Shown here piece by piece: positions 26,975 through 40,613 of a stretch of 64,000 nt of DNA. Below the pieces are notes generated by a model. It did not search any database and was not told where the DNA came from. It worked only from the letters and a program-made list of their open reading frames with translations. Origin of the DNA: Octopus vulgaris (taxonomy: Eukaryota). Every line of letters begins with the position of its first letter. Within the stretch, counting starts at the first letter, position 1. The position numbers were made by a program, and so were the translations under genes. The DNA lies in NCBI GenBank assembly GCA_951406725.2, contig OX597835.1:17174001-17238000 (forward strand), in the 5' to 3' direction.

Positions 26975-27137
26975 ATATAATGGTTGTATACTGTCAATCT
27001 AACAAGAACGTGACAGTAGGGGGTACACCACCGTTATATAGCCCTAGGAGGCATCGAACGCCTCCTAGGGCTATATAACGGTGGTGTACCCCCTACTGTC
27101 ACGTTCTTGTTAGATTGACAGTATACAACCATTATAT
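26975..27137. repeat. Perfect 78-bp inverted repeat with 7-nt spacer
   Basis: Arm 26975-27052 is the exact reverse complement of 27060-27137; spacer atcgaac. Confidence 0.95.
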
Positions 27138-27875
27138 ATATATATATATGTATATATATATGGAACAAAATCGCAATAGAGGGCATTAAAATGTTTGGAC
27201 AGATAACGATACATGATTACAAAGAATAAAATTCCTGGATTTGAATTGTTCGACCAAAGGCAGTTCTCCAGCATGGCCGCAGTCAACTGACTGAAACAAG
27301 TAAAACAATATGAGAATATATATATATATATACGCGCGTGTGTGTGTGCATGTGTGTGTGATTGTGTATGACTATGTCTGTGTATTTATATATATATATA
27401 TATGCGCATATATATATATACTCATGAACTCACATTATATATATGTGTGTGTGTCTGTGTCTGTGTCTATGTGTATATATGCTCATTGGTAGACGGAGGT
27501 CAATCTATTCCAGCTACGCGAGGAACCGAACTTATGCCTGCAAGTTAAAGCTGTAGTGGAGGGAAACAATACGTCGCTGTTTGCCATAGTGGAAAGAGCA
27601 GCTAACTCTTCATTAAACCACATGCAGTGCCATACCAGAGTGTTGGCTTTCTGTGTATTTCTTATTACTTGTCTGTAACTAGTGATGCAGACTGGTTTGA
27701 GAAATGAGCGTCTCAACCACAGCATAAGTATTGTGACCACATAATGGATTGAACTGCTGTTTTCACAGTTCGTTGTCTGCTGAAGATATCCACTCGGCTA
27801 CCTTTCATCTGAGTGAGAGACAATTAAAGGTTACGAAATAAGTTTGTGTGTCTATGTGTTTGTTTGTGTGTATGG

Positions 27876-27928
<53 letters not shown>

Positions 27929-28080
27929 AGTGTGTACATATATATATATATATGTGTGTATGTGTGTATACATATATATACATATATATATATACATACG
28001 TATATATACGAATATTTATATACACATACATTCAAACACAAACGCACACACATATACACCATTGTCTCAATTAGTATATG

Positions 28081-28158
<78 letters not shown>

Positions 28159-29055
28159 TATATGCATATGTGGCTGTATGATTATATACGTATTCATAAA
28201 AATACATACAGATATACACATATAGATATGTAGCGAAAGAGAATAAGGGAGAGAGAGATATGATGAGATGATGAGAGAGAGAGAGAGAATGTGTGAGAGA
28301 GAGGAAGATAGATAGATAAAGAGAGAGAGAGAGAGCAAAGAAAGAGATAACTAATGACCAACACTTGTTCATCATTTTGTACGCACGTTTTCCGAAAAGA
28401 CTGAAAAAGATGGCTGTGTATCAATATATTGATTTCTCTCACTTCGGCGACCATGATGAAGCGCAAAACCTTTTATTTTCTCGCTTTTCTCTCCCTTCCG
28501 CTTTTTATGATTTGATTGAACTCTGTTTCTTATCCTGTATTCATTTGTTTTTCAAATTCGATGGGAGCCAATTATCGTATGTTGATAGGTTTTCCTTCTA
28601 ATCAGATATTTGTATGTGAGGACTGTTTTCGTCGGCTGCCATTTTGAATAAGATATCTTAGTCGGAGTAGGTAAGCATTGTCGTGATCATTATCAGTGAA
28701 GTTAATGCGACTTGCCAGATATGTGGCAGGACGTGGATTTAGACAGAAGGAAAGGTGATAAGAAACGAGGCGGAAAATTGATGAATTAAAAGCACCAGAT
28801 ATAGATAAAGTGTATGTAAAAAGCCACTCAAATTAACAGACGTGAATTGTACGTATGTATGTATATGACAGCAGAGGTGCGTATGAATGTATATATATAT
28901 ATATATATATAAATATATATGCATATATATGCTGTATATATATATATGTATATATACTCATACATCTCTTCAGTGTCTATAGATGTATATAAGTGCTCTT
29001 TCGTATGTAATGGTGCGTATGTATGAACACGTATGTATTTATATAAATGTAGGCT

Positions 29056-29095
<40 letters not shown>

Positions 29096-29233
29096 AGTAC
29101 AAGAAATGTATATGTCCATGTGTATGTAAAATTATATATATATATAAATAAGTCCATTTAAAAGCAAACAAGTGTACGCTTACTCCCATGTATTTATATA
29201 TGTAAATATTTGGTTGTGTTTGTGTGTGTATAC

Positions 29234-29307
<74 letters not shown>

Positions 29308-29732
29308 GTGCGTTATGTGTATTTGTTTAGTGAGATTATCTAAACGAGTTAAACAATGACCACAATCAAACAATTAATTATTTTTCTCACTTTAGAAAGA
29401 TCCATGGCGTGGTGGAGGCGTTATTTGATCTTTAATCATAATGGCGTCATCATGACGCAGGAAAATTCTATTCTCTCTCATGGGTATACCACTGGTCCAT
29501 CGCAAAATGCTTTCCCTATCGCCAGGGCACTTCAACGCACCGATTTCTTGCTTTGACTAAAGACCCTCGGAAATAACTGATACAATATAAACTAACAAGC
29601 GTGCATGTATTCGCACAACTTGTTGGAAATAGTTACCAAGTTCTCTTTATATCTTGAGAAAAAGTGAAGGTCATATTGGATTGCGTACACATACATATGT
29701 CATATATAATCTGTGTGCTTCGTATGTGTGTA

Positions 29733-29781
<49 letters not shown>

Positions 29782-29783
<2 letters not shown>

Positions 29784-30193
29784 TCTCTTTACTCTTTTTA
29801 CTCTTTTACTTGTTTCAGTCATTTGACTGCGGCCATGCTGGAGCACCGCCTTTAATCGAGCAACTCGACCCTGGGACTTATTCTTTAGTAAGCCCAGTAC
29901 TTATTCTATCGGTCTCTTTTGCCGAACCGCTAAGTGACGCGACGTAAACACACCAGCATCGGTTGTCAAGCAATGCTAGGGGTAAAAACACAGACACACA
30001 AACACACACACGCATATATATATACATATATACGACGGGCTTCTTTCAGTTTCCGTCCACCAAATCCACTCACAAGGCTTTGGTCGGCCCGAGGCTATAG
30101 TAGAAGACACTTGCCCAAGGTGCCACGCAGTGGGACTGAACCCGGAACCATGAGGTTCGTAAGCAAGCTGCTTACAACACAGCCACTCCTGCA

Positions 30194-30196
<3 letters not shown>
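29782..30196 (-). mobile_element. SINE family A, full length, young
   Basis: Reverse complement of 34565-34980 at high identity; (AAAAGAGT)n tail. Confidence 0.95.
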
Positions 30197-30254
<58 letters not shown>

Positions 30255-30324
30255 CTGGTCATTTCAAAATGTACCCACATGGCGATTATTCTCCTCCGTC
30301 TTCGCATCGAATGGACTTGCCGCC

Positions 30325-30360
30325 GTTTCTGAAGAAGAGCGTCTGCTCGAAACGTTAAAT
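30325..30360 (+). ncRNA. Minimal type-I hammerhead ribozyme motif in PLE-like repeat family P3 (element about 30270-30440)
   Basis: gttt-CTGAAGA-A-GAGC-gtct-GCTC-GAAA-CGTT-aaat: intact core, 4-bp stem II, palindromic stem III, GUU triplet, 3-4 bp stem I. Confidence 0.7.
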
Positions 30361-30441
30361 CATGTTTCTCTCCTTTCCTGAGCGTCTGCTAATACACTAC
30401 ATGTACCATGTCCTAGCGTTGCTGGTTCTTTTTGGGATTTA

Positions 30442-30489
<48 letters not shown>

Positions 30490-30874
30490 TTAAAGTTTTA
30501 TGATAAAGGCTAGAGAGACTGTTTAATTAGTGCAAAGTGAAAGAAAGCTGAAGCCTCGTCATGGTTGCTCAAACTGCTAGAACAAGTAGCTAAATGCTTC
30601 TAAAATAACATCCGCGTGTGTGCATAAATGAATGACACGTTTCATAATATATTCCTAGATATACTATGCCTGCAAACAGCGTAGAAAACACACATGCAGT
30701 GCAGTAGTAAGATATGTTATCCTGACGACACTGTTACAGGTGGGATTTGATAATGTTGCTATGGTTACTCCATCATTGACATTACTTGCAGTATTTGACA
30801 GTGTTGCTATGGCAACGTATTGACATCGTTACGATTGCAAAGCTACCGCCAGCCGCAAAACGTTTTACAGTGCT

Positions 30875-31145
30875 GCACTCCTCTTGCTCCCCTTCTTCCT
30901 CCTCCACCAGCGCCACCACATCCTCCCTTCCTCCTCCCCTTCCCCCTCCTCTTCCTCCTGCTCCTCCCCTCCTCCTCCTGCTCTTCATCCTGCTCCTCCC
31001 CTGCTCCTCCTCTTCCTCCTCTTCTTCTTCTGCTCCTCCTCTTCTCCTTCTGTTCCTCCTTCTCCTCTTCTCCTTCTGCTGCTGCTGCTCCTCCTCCTCC
31101 CCTACTACTACTACTACTACCACCACCACCACCACCACCACCACC

Positions 31146-31197
<52 letters not shown>

Positions 31198-31255
31198 GTA
31201 CTGCTGCTGCTGCTACGGCTGCTGCTGCTGCTACGGCTGCTGCTGCTGCCACTAC
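30875..31255. repeat. Compound trinucleotide array (CCT)/(CTG)/(CTA)/(CCA)
   Basis: Directly visible. Confidence 0.9.
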
Positions 31256-31637
31256 AGTATTAAGTGTATTGAGTACTTCTGTTCGCTTTCCTAAGTGTAT
31301 CTTCTAGATGCATGCATCTCTTTCATCTCTCTCCGTGTGTTGTTTACATCTGAGTGTGCGTTGTGCACCTGTGTCTGTTTGTCTGTGTGTCTGTATGCAC
31401 ACAATCATCCAAACCCACCCACCCACCCACACAAACAAACACGCATATACATAAAGATCCGTAATAATGAGGATGTGTTGAGGTGTTTGTACGTACGTAT
31501 ATATGCGTGTGCTTATTTATACATAAATCTATGTCGATGTATGAGCACACACTCACACACATACACGCACACACACACACACACACTCACACACATACAC
31601 GCACACACACACACACACACACTCACACACATACATG

Positions 31638-31668
<31 letters not shown>

Positions 31669-31845
31669 ATATACACGCACACACACACACACACACACGC
31701 GCACATATAATTATATACGTCTATGTACATGGTTATGAGTGTGTATAGTTCTGTGGTCTTGTGTGTGAGTGTATGTATATATGCACATACACATATATGT
31801 ATGTCTGAATGCGAGCATTAACCTGCCTCGTTCTCATTCTTTGAC

Positions 31846-31950
<105 letters not shown>

Positions 31951-31978
31951 ATAGTGAGAGAGAGAACTATATACAAAA

Positions 31979-32013
<35 letters not shown>

Positions 32014-32026
32014 TACATATATATAC

Positions 32027-32304
<278 letters not shown>

Positions 32305-32826
32305 TATAAACGCAAGACATACGTGTATACAGACATATAAATCAATGTAGCTAAACACAGACATACAGGCGCAAAGACAGATACACAAGCGCCTTTTCAA
32401 ATTACGTCTCCACTACGCCAGAAGCTAAGAAAACAGAATCGTTAATAAGTACGTATTTAAAAGATTAAATATTAGTTTCTGATTTCTATACGTGAAACGT
32501 TCCAGATTATGAATGGCTGAGACTAAAATACACACAAAAAAAAATTTGTAACAGACGAGGTTTCAAGTAGACAAATGAATTATAAAATATTACTTTGAAT
32601 ACAATTTTTAACAATTGTCTTGGTTTTTGTAGAATTTCTAGGCTTTTGTTTCAGTTTACTAATCTGTTCTGCGAATTATTTTTAATTCCTCTTACAATGC
32701 CAGTAAACTAATTAAATATCACGGTTTTACTTCTGATATGCAAACGTACGTATGTATGTATGTATGTATGTATGTATGTATGTATGTATGTATGTATGTA
32801 TGTATGTATGTATGTATGTATGCATG

Positions 32827-32857
<31 letters not shown>

Positions 32858-33097
32858 CACACGCATACATACGGTGGTGGGGTGGTGGAATCTTCCTGGC
32901 TTTGGGAGAAAGAAAATATAGGTGGATCAGTTAATTATGATTTTATTCAACATATTCCACTCACAGATTCACACGCGTATTTGAGCGGTCCTTCGGTTTT
33001 ACTACGTTCTGTAAAAGAAGTCAGAAGGCTGGGCATCCAACCAGACCTTTCGTGAGACCCTTAAAGCCAGAAATATTCCAACACACCCTCCTGTGTG

Positions 33098-33128
<31 letters not shown>

Positions 33129-33385
33129 GGGGAGGCGCAATGGCCCAGTGGTTAGGGCAGCGGACTCGCGGTTTCGATTCCCAGACCGGGCGTTGTGAGT
33201 GTTTATTGAGCGAAAACACCACGAGGCTCCGGCAGGGATGGTGGTGATCCCTGCTGTACTCTTTCACCACAACTTTCTCTCACTCTTACTTCCTGTTTCT
33301 GTTGTACCTGTATTTCATAGGGCCGGCCTTGTCACTCTCTGTGTCACGCTGAATATCCCCGAGAACTACGTTAAGGGTACACGTT
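33129..33385 (+). mobile_element. SINE family C (tRNA-derived), 3'-truncated
   Basis: A-box tggcccagtggttag, B-box gtttcgattccc; body closely matches 47188-47541. Confidence 0.92.
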
Positions 33386-33399
33386 CGTAAGTGTACATG

Positions 33400-33575
33400 A
33401 TTTTGGCACAGAGTCAATAGTTTTGAGTATATGATTCGTACGTTCTTTATCGACTCCGAAAGGATGAAAGGAAAAGTATCAACCTCGGTTGATTTGGAAC
33501 TCAGAACGTAAATACGAACGAAATGCCGCCTAAATATTTCGTCCCGCCTGCTAACGATTCCGCCAACTGAATGCC
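33400..33575 (-). mobile_element. SINE family B, diverged
   Basis: tttatcgactccgaaaggatgaaagg...gaactcagaacgtaa...gctaacgattccgcca. Confidence 0.82.
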
Positions 33576-33749
33576 TTATTTTCTAACTTTATATAATATC
33601 AAAATCTTTCAGAATTCTTTTTGGCTTCCACAGGTCCTGTTCTGTTCCTTTCTCTTCTTCATCTGCAATTTATATTTCCACATTTCCTTCCCATGTTCTT
33701 GTTCCTTCTTGAACCTCCTTTATCATTTTTTATCTTTTTCTTACCTATT

Positions 33750-34124
33750 TTCTTCTTCTTCTTCTTCTTCTTCTTCTTCTTCTTCTTCTTTTCTTTCTTT
33801 TCTTCCTTTCCCTTCTTCTTCTTCTTCTTCTTCTTCTTTTCTTTCTTTTCTTTCTTTCCCTTCTTCTTCTTCTTCTTCTTCTTCTTCTTCTTCTTTCCTT
33901 CTTCTTCTTCTTCTTCTTCTTCTTCTTTTCTTTCTTTCCTTCTTCTTCTTCTTCTTCTTCTTCTTTTTTTCTTTTCTTTCTTTCCCTTCTTCTTCCTCTT
34001 CTTCTTCTTTTCTTTCTTTCCTTTCTTCTTCTTCTTCTTCTTCTACTTCTTTTTCTTCTCCTCCTCTTTCCTCCTCCTCCTCTTTTGTTGTTGTTGTTCT
34101 TCGTCTTTTTCTTCTTCTTCTTCA
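33750..34124. repeat. (CTT)n polypyrimidine array
   Basis: Directly visible. Confidence 0.93.
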
Positions 34125-34141
34125 CACAGTGAGTGTGCTTG

Positions 34142-34211
<70 letters not shown>

Positions 34212-34564
34212 AACGACAGAGACTGTATAATACCAAGAAGTAAAAATTTATCCCCATTTAAACATGGGTGTTCTGTTAGAAAAAAAACTCTTCTGCGGTA
34301 ATTACTATGGAAGAAATTCTCATATTGACTTTTGGCACAAAACGCACTGTTGTTTATATCGCTAACGTCGAGATAAATCCCTGCTATCTCCAGCCCAGCG
34401 ACCATCAAATCCCGTCATTTCAACCTTGCTTTGTCTCGTCAATGATGTACACTCGACCACTAGAAAAAGCGGCGATTCCTCTCTCAAACGGCGGTAGCTA
34501 TTACAATAGTTACCACGAGAGAAACTGTAATCTAGTGTCTTAATTTATGTATTAATTTTACCAA

Positions 34565-34980
34565 CAGGAGTGGCTGTGTGGTAAGTAGCTTGCTAACCAA
34601 CCACACGGTTCCGGGTTCAGTCCCACTGCGTGGCACCTTGGACAAGTGTCTTCTACTATAGCCTCGGGCCGACCAAAGCCTTGTGAGTGGATTTGGTAGA
34701 CGGAAACTGAAAGAAGCCCGTCGTATATATGTATATATATATATGTGTGTGTGTGTGCGCATGTATGTTTGTATGTCTGTGTTTGTCCCCCAGCATCGCT
34801 TGACAACCGATGCTGGTGTGTTTGCGTCCCCGTCACTTAGCGGTTCGGCAAAAGAGACCGATAGAATAAGTACTGGGCTTACAAAGAATAAGTCCCGGGG
34901 TCGATTTGCTCGACTGAAGGCGGTGCTCCAGCATGGCCGTAGTCAAATGACTGAAACAAGTAAATGAGAGAAAGAGAGTA
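34565..34980 (+). mobile_element. SINE family A, full length, young
   Basis: caggagtggctgtgtggtaagtagc...ccgggttcagtccc...gaaacaagtaaa. Confidence 0.95.
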
Positions 34981-35604
34981 ACATATAGACAACCATAGCT
35001 TTCCCTAGATTCTAATTTATAACTATCAATTAGTGCTTGCATTTTATTTTATGCCCGCAGCTGTTTTGTAGGTAAACTGATGCTATACGTTTTATAAGTA
35101 TTTATGAAGGTAATAACTATCCCCTTTAAACATTTAGAAGATTAAGATAGAAAAAATTTAATGTCTATTGTTTCAAATAAATAAATAACGTAAATCTCTT
35201 TATGTTCATGTAAATATTAAAGGATTAACTGAATGGGATTATGCTGTTGGATTTAAAGAATACGGTTTAAAGTACTGAAAAATATATATTATATAAAATA
35301 CACAATAACAATTTCGAATATATTTAGTATGCCACATGTTTTGTGAAGAGAGGGTGTACTTGATGGAGACGGGAGTCGTATGTATGTATGTATGTATGTA
35401 TGTATGTATGTATGTATGTATGTATGTATGTATGTGTGAGTGTGTGTGTGTGTGTATGTGTATGCATATGTATAGGTGTGGGTGTGTTGGTGTGCGCACG
35501 CCCCCGCATATGTACGTTTGTGACAATCTGTAAACGACATCAGGAACGTGCCTGATGTTTGTATAATTATGTCATATACTACAATTGATTCATCTATCTA
35601 TCTG

Positions 35605-35643
35605 TCTATCTGTGTTCAGGCCTGTGTGGCTAATAAAGAAACA

Positions 35644-35725
<82 letters not shown>

Positions 35726-35998
35726 AGGCTTTTCTTTCCACGGGTAAACCTCACCTGTCCTCCCCTTTACACTTCATATTGACATTTCTGTGATAACGAT
35801 CCCTATTGATCAATTTTTTCTTTCCTCTCCCCCTTTTTTTTAACCCCCTTATTTTTGTCCTCTTTCTCTCCTTTTACGATCCCTTTTGATCGAAACTCCC
35901 CCTTCCTTTTTTTTTTTTTTTTTTAAACCTTCAAAAGAAAAGCTCTACCTTGTAATTTGTTCTATCTGTGTGCAGCCCTGTGTGGCTAATAAAGAAAC
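35605..35998 (+). mobile_element. Two family T retroposon 3' tails (35605-35641, about 35790-35998), each followed by (TATC)n
   Basis: Both end ctgtgtggctaataaagaaac|atatctatct; the longer one matches 15758-15964. Confidence 0.82.
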
Positions 35999-36033
35999 AT
36001 ATCTATCTATCTATCTATCTATCCATCTATAGC

Positions 36034-36249
36034 TATTTCTTTACTACCCACAAGGGGCTAAGCACAGAGTGGACAAAAAGGACAGACAAACGGATTAAGT
36101 CGATTATATCGACCCCAGTGCGTAACTGGTAGTTATTTAATCGACCCCGAAAGGATGAAAGGCAAAGTCGAACTCGGTGGAATTTGAACTCAGAACGTAA
36201 CGGCAGACGAAATACGGCTACGCATTTCACCCGGCGTGCTAACGATTCT
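36034..36249 (-). mobile_element. SINE family B long-tail subfamily, 5'-truncated
   Basis: Closely matches 23380-23612. Confidence 0.92.
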
Positions 36250-36253
36250 ATAT

Positions 36254-36439
36254 CAGCGCACCACAACCGGCATGCTGCGAAAAAGGGGTGTGCCACCAGA
36301 CAATGCCAGATGTGCCGCAGTGTAACTTGAATATAATTAATTCCCTATACTTACAGATATATTTTTAAGCTCAGGTGTGCCGGAGAATTTTGAAAAGAAT
36401 GTAAGTGTGCCGCTAGTGAAAAAAGATTGCGGAGCGCTG
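36254..36439. mobile_element. hAT (Charlie-type) MITE
   Basis: TIRs cagcgcaccacaacc / reverse complement cagcgctccgcaatc (12/15). 8-bp TSD ttctatat / atctatat (7/8; resembles NTCTAGAN). Repeated subterminal gtgtgcc motifs. Confidence 0.75.
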
Positions 36440-36910
36440 ATCTATATGTATGTGAACGGTATCAGATTACCAATCAATGCATAATCATGTTATTTTCTAT
36501 TATCGATTTGAGATAGATTCTTTAACATACATATCTCTTCGTATCAGTGCTCTGGCGTGGCCTAAATTTTAGACTGCACACACATACACACACAATTCTT
36601 ACACACGCACATACACACACGCCTACACATACTCGTATTCACACACATGCATACATATTACATGCACATGGGTTTATATATATATATATATACTGTACGT
36701 ATGTATGTATACATACATACATTTACATATATATATATATATATATATATATAGATATATATGTATGTATGCATACGAGTGTTTACGTATCTGTAAGGTA
36801 AGTACAATAACGCATACTGGAATAATATAATGTATGTATCTATATCGACTTTGATTTCATCAGGAACATACAATATGGAATAATATATTGTATATATAAT
36901 ATGTATATAC

Positions 36911-37085
<175 letters not shown>

Positions 37086-37092
37086 TTATATA

Positions 37093-37156
<64 letters not shown>

Positions 37157-37940
37157 TATAGGCTAGCAATGCCATAATTCATTTTCAATGTATGACCTTC
37201 ATTCCTCCCTCGTTGCTTCACCTTCTATTGTGCATACCGCTTGTTGCTAGCTTTATGCACACACACACACGCACACACACACACGCACATGCACATCCAC
37301 ACACACACACACACTCACACACACGCATGCATGCATGTATACGGGTACGTATCAGAATGCTATTGGACTGCGATAGACGTATTTATATTTGTGTTATAAA
37401 AACCTACATGCCATTGTATTAAACCACTGACAGAGAACAAACTTGTCTTTCGGGCTATTTGTGTAAGTGGGAATCATATCGGTGGTTTGTGTTGTTCACG
37501 CTGCAATTATAAAATACATGTTTTATATTTTATATGTATTTTATTGTATTTTTGTTTGTGCTTTAGTGTTGTTTCCCTTGAAGCTAAGAGCTATGATTAT
37601 ATGTAAGTAGGTATGTGTGTATCTATGTATGAATATAAGTACGTATGTATGTATATGTTTTTGTGTTTATGGTTATATATGTACATGTTTATCTGTCTAT
37701 CTATCTATCTATCTTTCCCTCTCTCTCTCTATCTGTATGTATTCTTATGTATGTATATATATATATATATATATATAGTTATTGGCATAAAAATAATTTT
37801 CTTTAGCCCTTGTATATAAGTTATGTATATATTATATATATACACATTTATATATTTAGTCACATTTATGATAGTATATATGTATATATATATATATATT
37901 TACATATTTAGTCACATTTATGGTGATATATATGTGTATG

Positions 37941-38056
<116 letters not shown>

Positions 38057-39045
38057 TAGGGCGAGAGAGGACGAGAAAGTGAGATTGAGTGAGTGGGAGA
38101 CAAATATACTTGAATAGGCTCCCAGAAGGTGGTGCATTGTTAGCAAAATTATTGTTAAGGGCCTTTGTTTTGAAGATGGCACTCTGTTATAGGATTATGT
38201 TTGTTTAAGTGTGCGTTCGTTTGACCTGAGTATTGTTAAGAAACGATTTTAAGATATAAAGAAAATTTACTTTTGAAATCAACGACATCTCCTAAACATA
38301 ACAAAAGCAAACAACAACAAGAACAACAATAATAATGCTATGTAATACAAGAACAAAAATAGTTGTAAAGCAAACATAAACGAAGCCCTATATTCCGGTA
38401 AAGTTTTTGTAATGACATATTTGAGTTTCTGACCCCTGAAAATGGTTGTCATTGTGATTGTAGATGAAGTTCTAAATGGCTTCTCTCCTGCTGGGGTTCA
38501 TACAAAAGTCGAAATGATGAAACGAAGTGCAGCTCGTTAGGAACTCTGACATAGTTTTAACAATTGACAAGGAAAATCTCATGTGCGTCACTGCGGGCGA
38601 ACAGGGGGGGAAATATATATATATTATTTTACTATCGCAAGTCTTCAATAGAAATTTTCCACGTTCGCATTTGATAGTTTGATCGTCTGAAAGAGATTAC
38701 GATTGGCCAAAAGCTTCTAGTTCGTCTTTACTTCACCACATATAATAATTCCTGTTTGCAGCATTAAGTAACCTGCAAAGCGTCTTTTCATTCAATGTGA
38801 ATTTATATGTATCACTGACAGCTGACCGAGATGATGGTTGCTAGCTTTTGTGGTGTTAGTAGTTTTCTGTGACTTTTATTGTTCTTTAAAGAATGCTTCC
38901 ATTCTTAGTTTGAGAGCGAGAAAAGGCAGGGTGGGTTTGGTTTCTTCGATAAATTCGATAAAATAAGTACAAATAACTGTGTCTCGCGTCAATATAGAAG
39001 AAAGTATTGTTGTTGTTCTTCTTCTTATTGTTGTTGCTGAATCGA

Positions 39046-39456
39046 TACCGAGATGGCAGAATCGTTACCGGGCCGGGCAAAATGTTTAACGGCATTTTGT
39101 CCGTCTTGACTTTATGAGTTCAAATTCCATCGAAGTCGACTTCGCCATTCAACTTTTCAGGGTTTGATGTAATCGACTTAATCCCTTCCCCCAAATTTGA
39201 AGCCTTGTGCTTCCATTAGAAACGATTATTATTATTATTATTATTATTATTGGCAGAATCTTTAGCAAACCTCACAAATGCACAGAGGGCATTTATTCTG
39301 TCTTAGCATTCTTAGTTCATATTCTGCCAAAGTCGACTTAGCCTTACATTCGCTAGGAGATTGATAAAATAAGTACCAGTTGAGCCCAGGAGGTGGGGGG
39401 AAGGGCAATGTAATTGACTTCCCCCACCTCCTCCGAACTGAATGACCTTGTACCAA
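39046..39456 (+). mobile_element. Two tandem diverged SINE B copies (39046-39226, 39252-39456) joined by (ATT)n
   Basis: tggcagaatcgtta...gagttcaaattcc...agtcgactt; second head tggcagaatc. Confidence 0.82.
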
Positions 39457-40066
39457 TGACCTTGTAGCTGCCTTTCTGGTTGCAGAAAGGGCTTTGTTAG
39501 AGAGATTTAGCAAGGTCAGAGGAAAACGAACTATTTATTAAATAACCAACGATAAATAACGTTGTTGTTCTCCCATTGTTGCTGTTTAATGAAGTGGGGG
39601 ATTGGGTGTTATATCTAGCATGCTGCACGACGATATATATATATATATAGATTATCTTGGTATTATTTCGATATTAAGTGACGGAGAGTTATACAGCGTC
39701 AACAGTGCATAAGTGTAACTTCCATAACTTGCCAAGTGTAATACAAGAATAAGTAATACAAGTAAACACTGTCAGTGAAGTGTCAGGCAAGTGTACACTT
39801 CCTGCTACGTGTCATACAGTTTACACTGTCTGACATGCATAACAGTAAATTTGCTAATATATTGTTTAGCTTCATGTCAGCGCTGACAGATAAGGACTAT
39901 GATCAAAAATATTCCAAACATCCTTTATCTTTACCTTTAATATATTACCTGCTAACTCGGAAGCCTACAACGGATCTCTAGCCCCAGCCTCAGCTGTGAC
40001 TTTGGAATCTAACGGATGACCAGTCATAGCACTTCATCAGTGAAGTAAATGCTCATATTCTGTTGA

Positions 40067-40174
<108 letters not shown>

Positions 40175-40306
40175 ATATACATAGTTTTCCGTTCGTATTG
40201 CCTCCATTCAAATTATAAATTGGAACTTCGTCCAATTTGAGCAGTTCGATTCTAGCCTGTTTCTGAGTATTGTTAATGTTAACAAGCTCAATATAAAATA
40301 ATATAA

Positions 40307-40354
<48 letters not shown>

Positions 40355-40358
<4 letters not shown>

Positions 40359-40613
40359 AATATTAGGGAATAAATCCAAATTTACAGGGAAAAATCAGAT
40401 TCAGGATTGAATCCAATTTTATAGTAAAATATAATATAATATTTAAAATTGAATAGAAGGTCTTGAAACCACCTGATGAATGTCCTTAGAAGTGACAGGA
40501 AACAATTGTAGTGGATAACTTAATTTTATTTAATTTATATAAAAATTTTTATGTATTGAATTAAGTCTTTCTTTGTTTGATTTGCATAATAGTGGTTTTG
40601 TCTCTAATTAATA

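Noticed and set aside
30782-31307. 173-aa Ser/Pro/Thr/Ala-rich ORF
   Set aside because: Compound trinucleotide repeat, open in several frames; no splice or domain evidence.
33129-33200. tRNA-like sequences (also 34565, 47188, 52145)
   Set aside because: A/B boxes are present but there is no complete cloverleaf, and they continue into SINE bodies, so they are SINE heads rather than tRNA genes.
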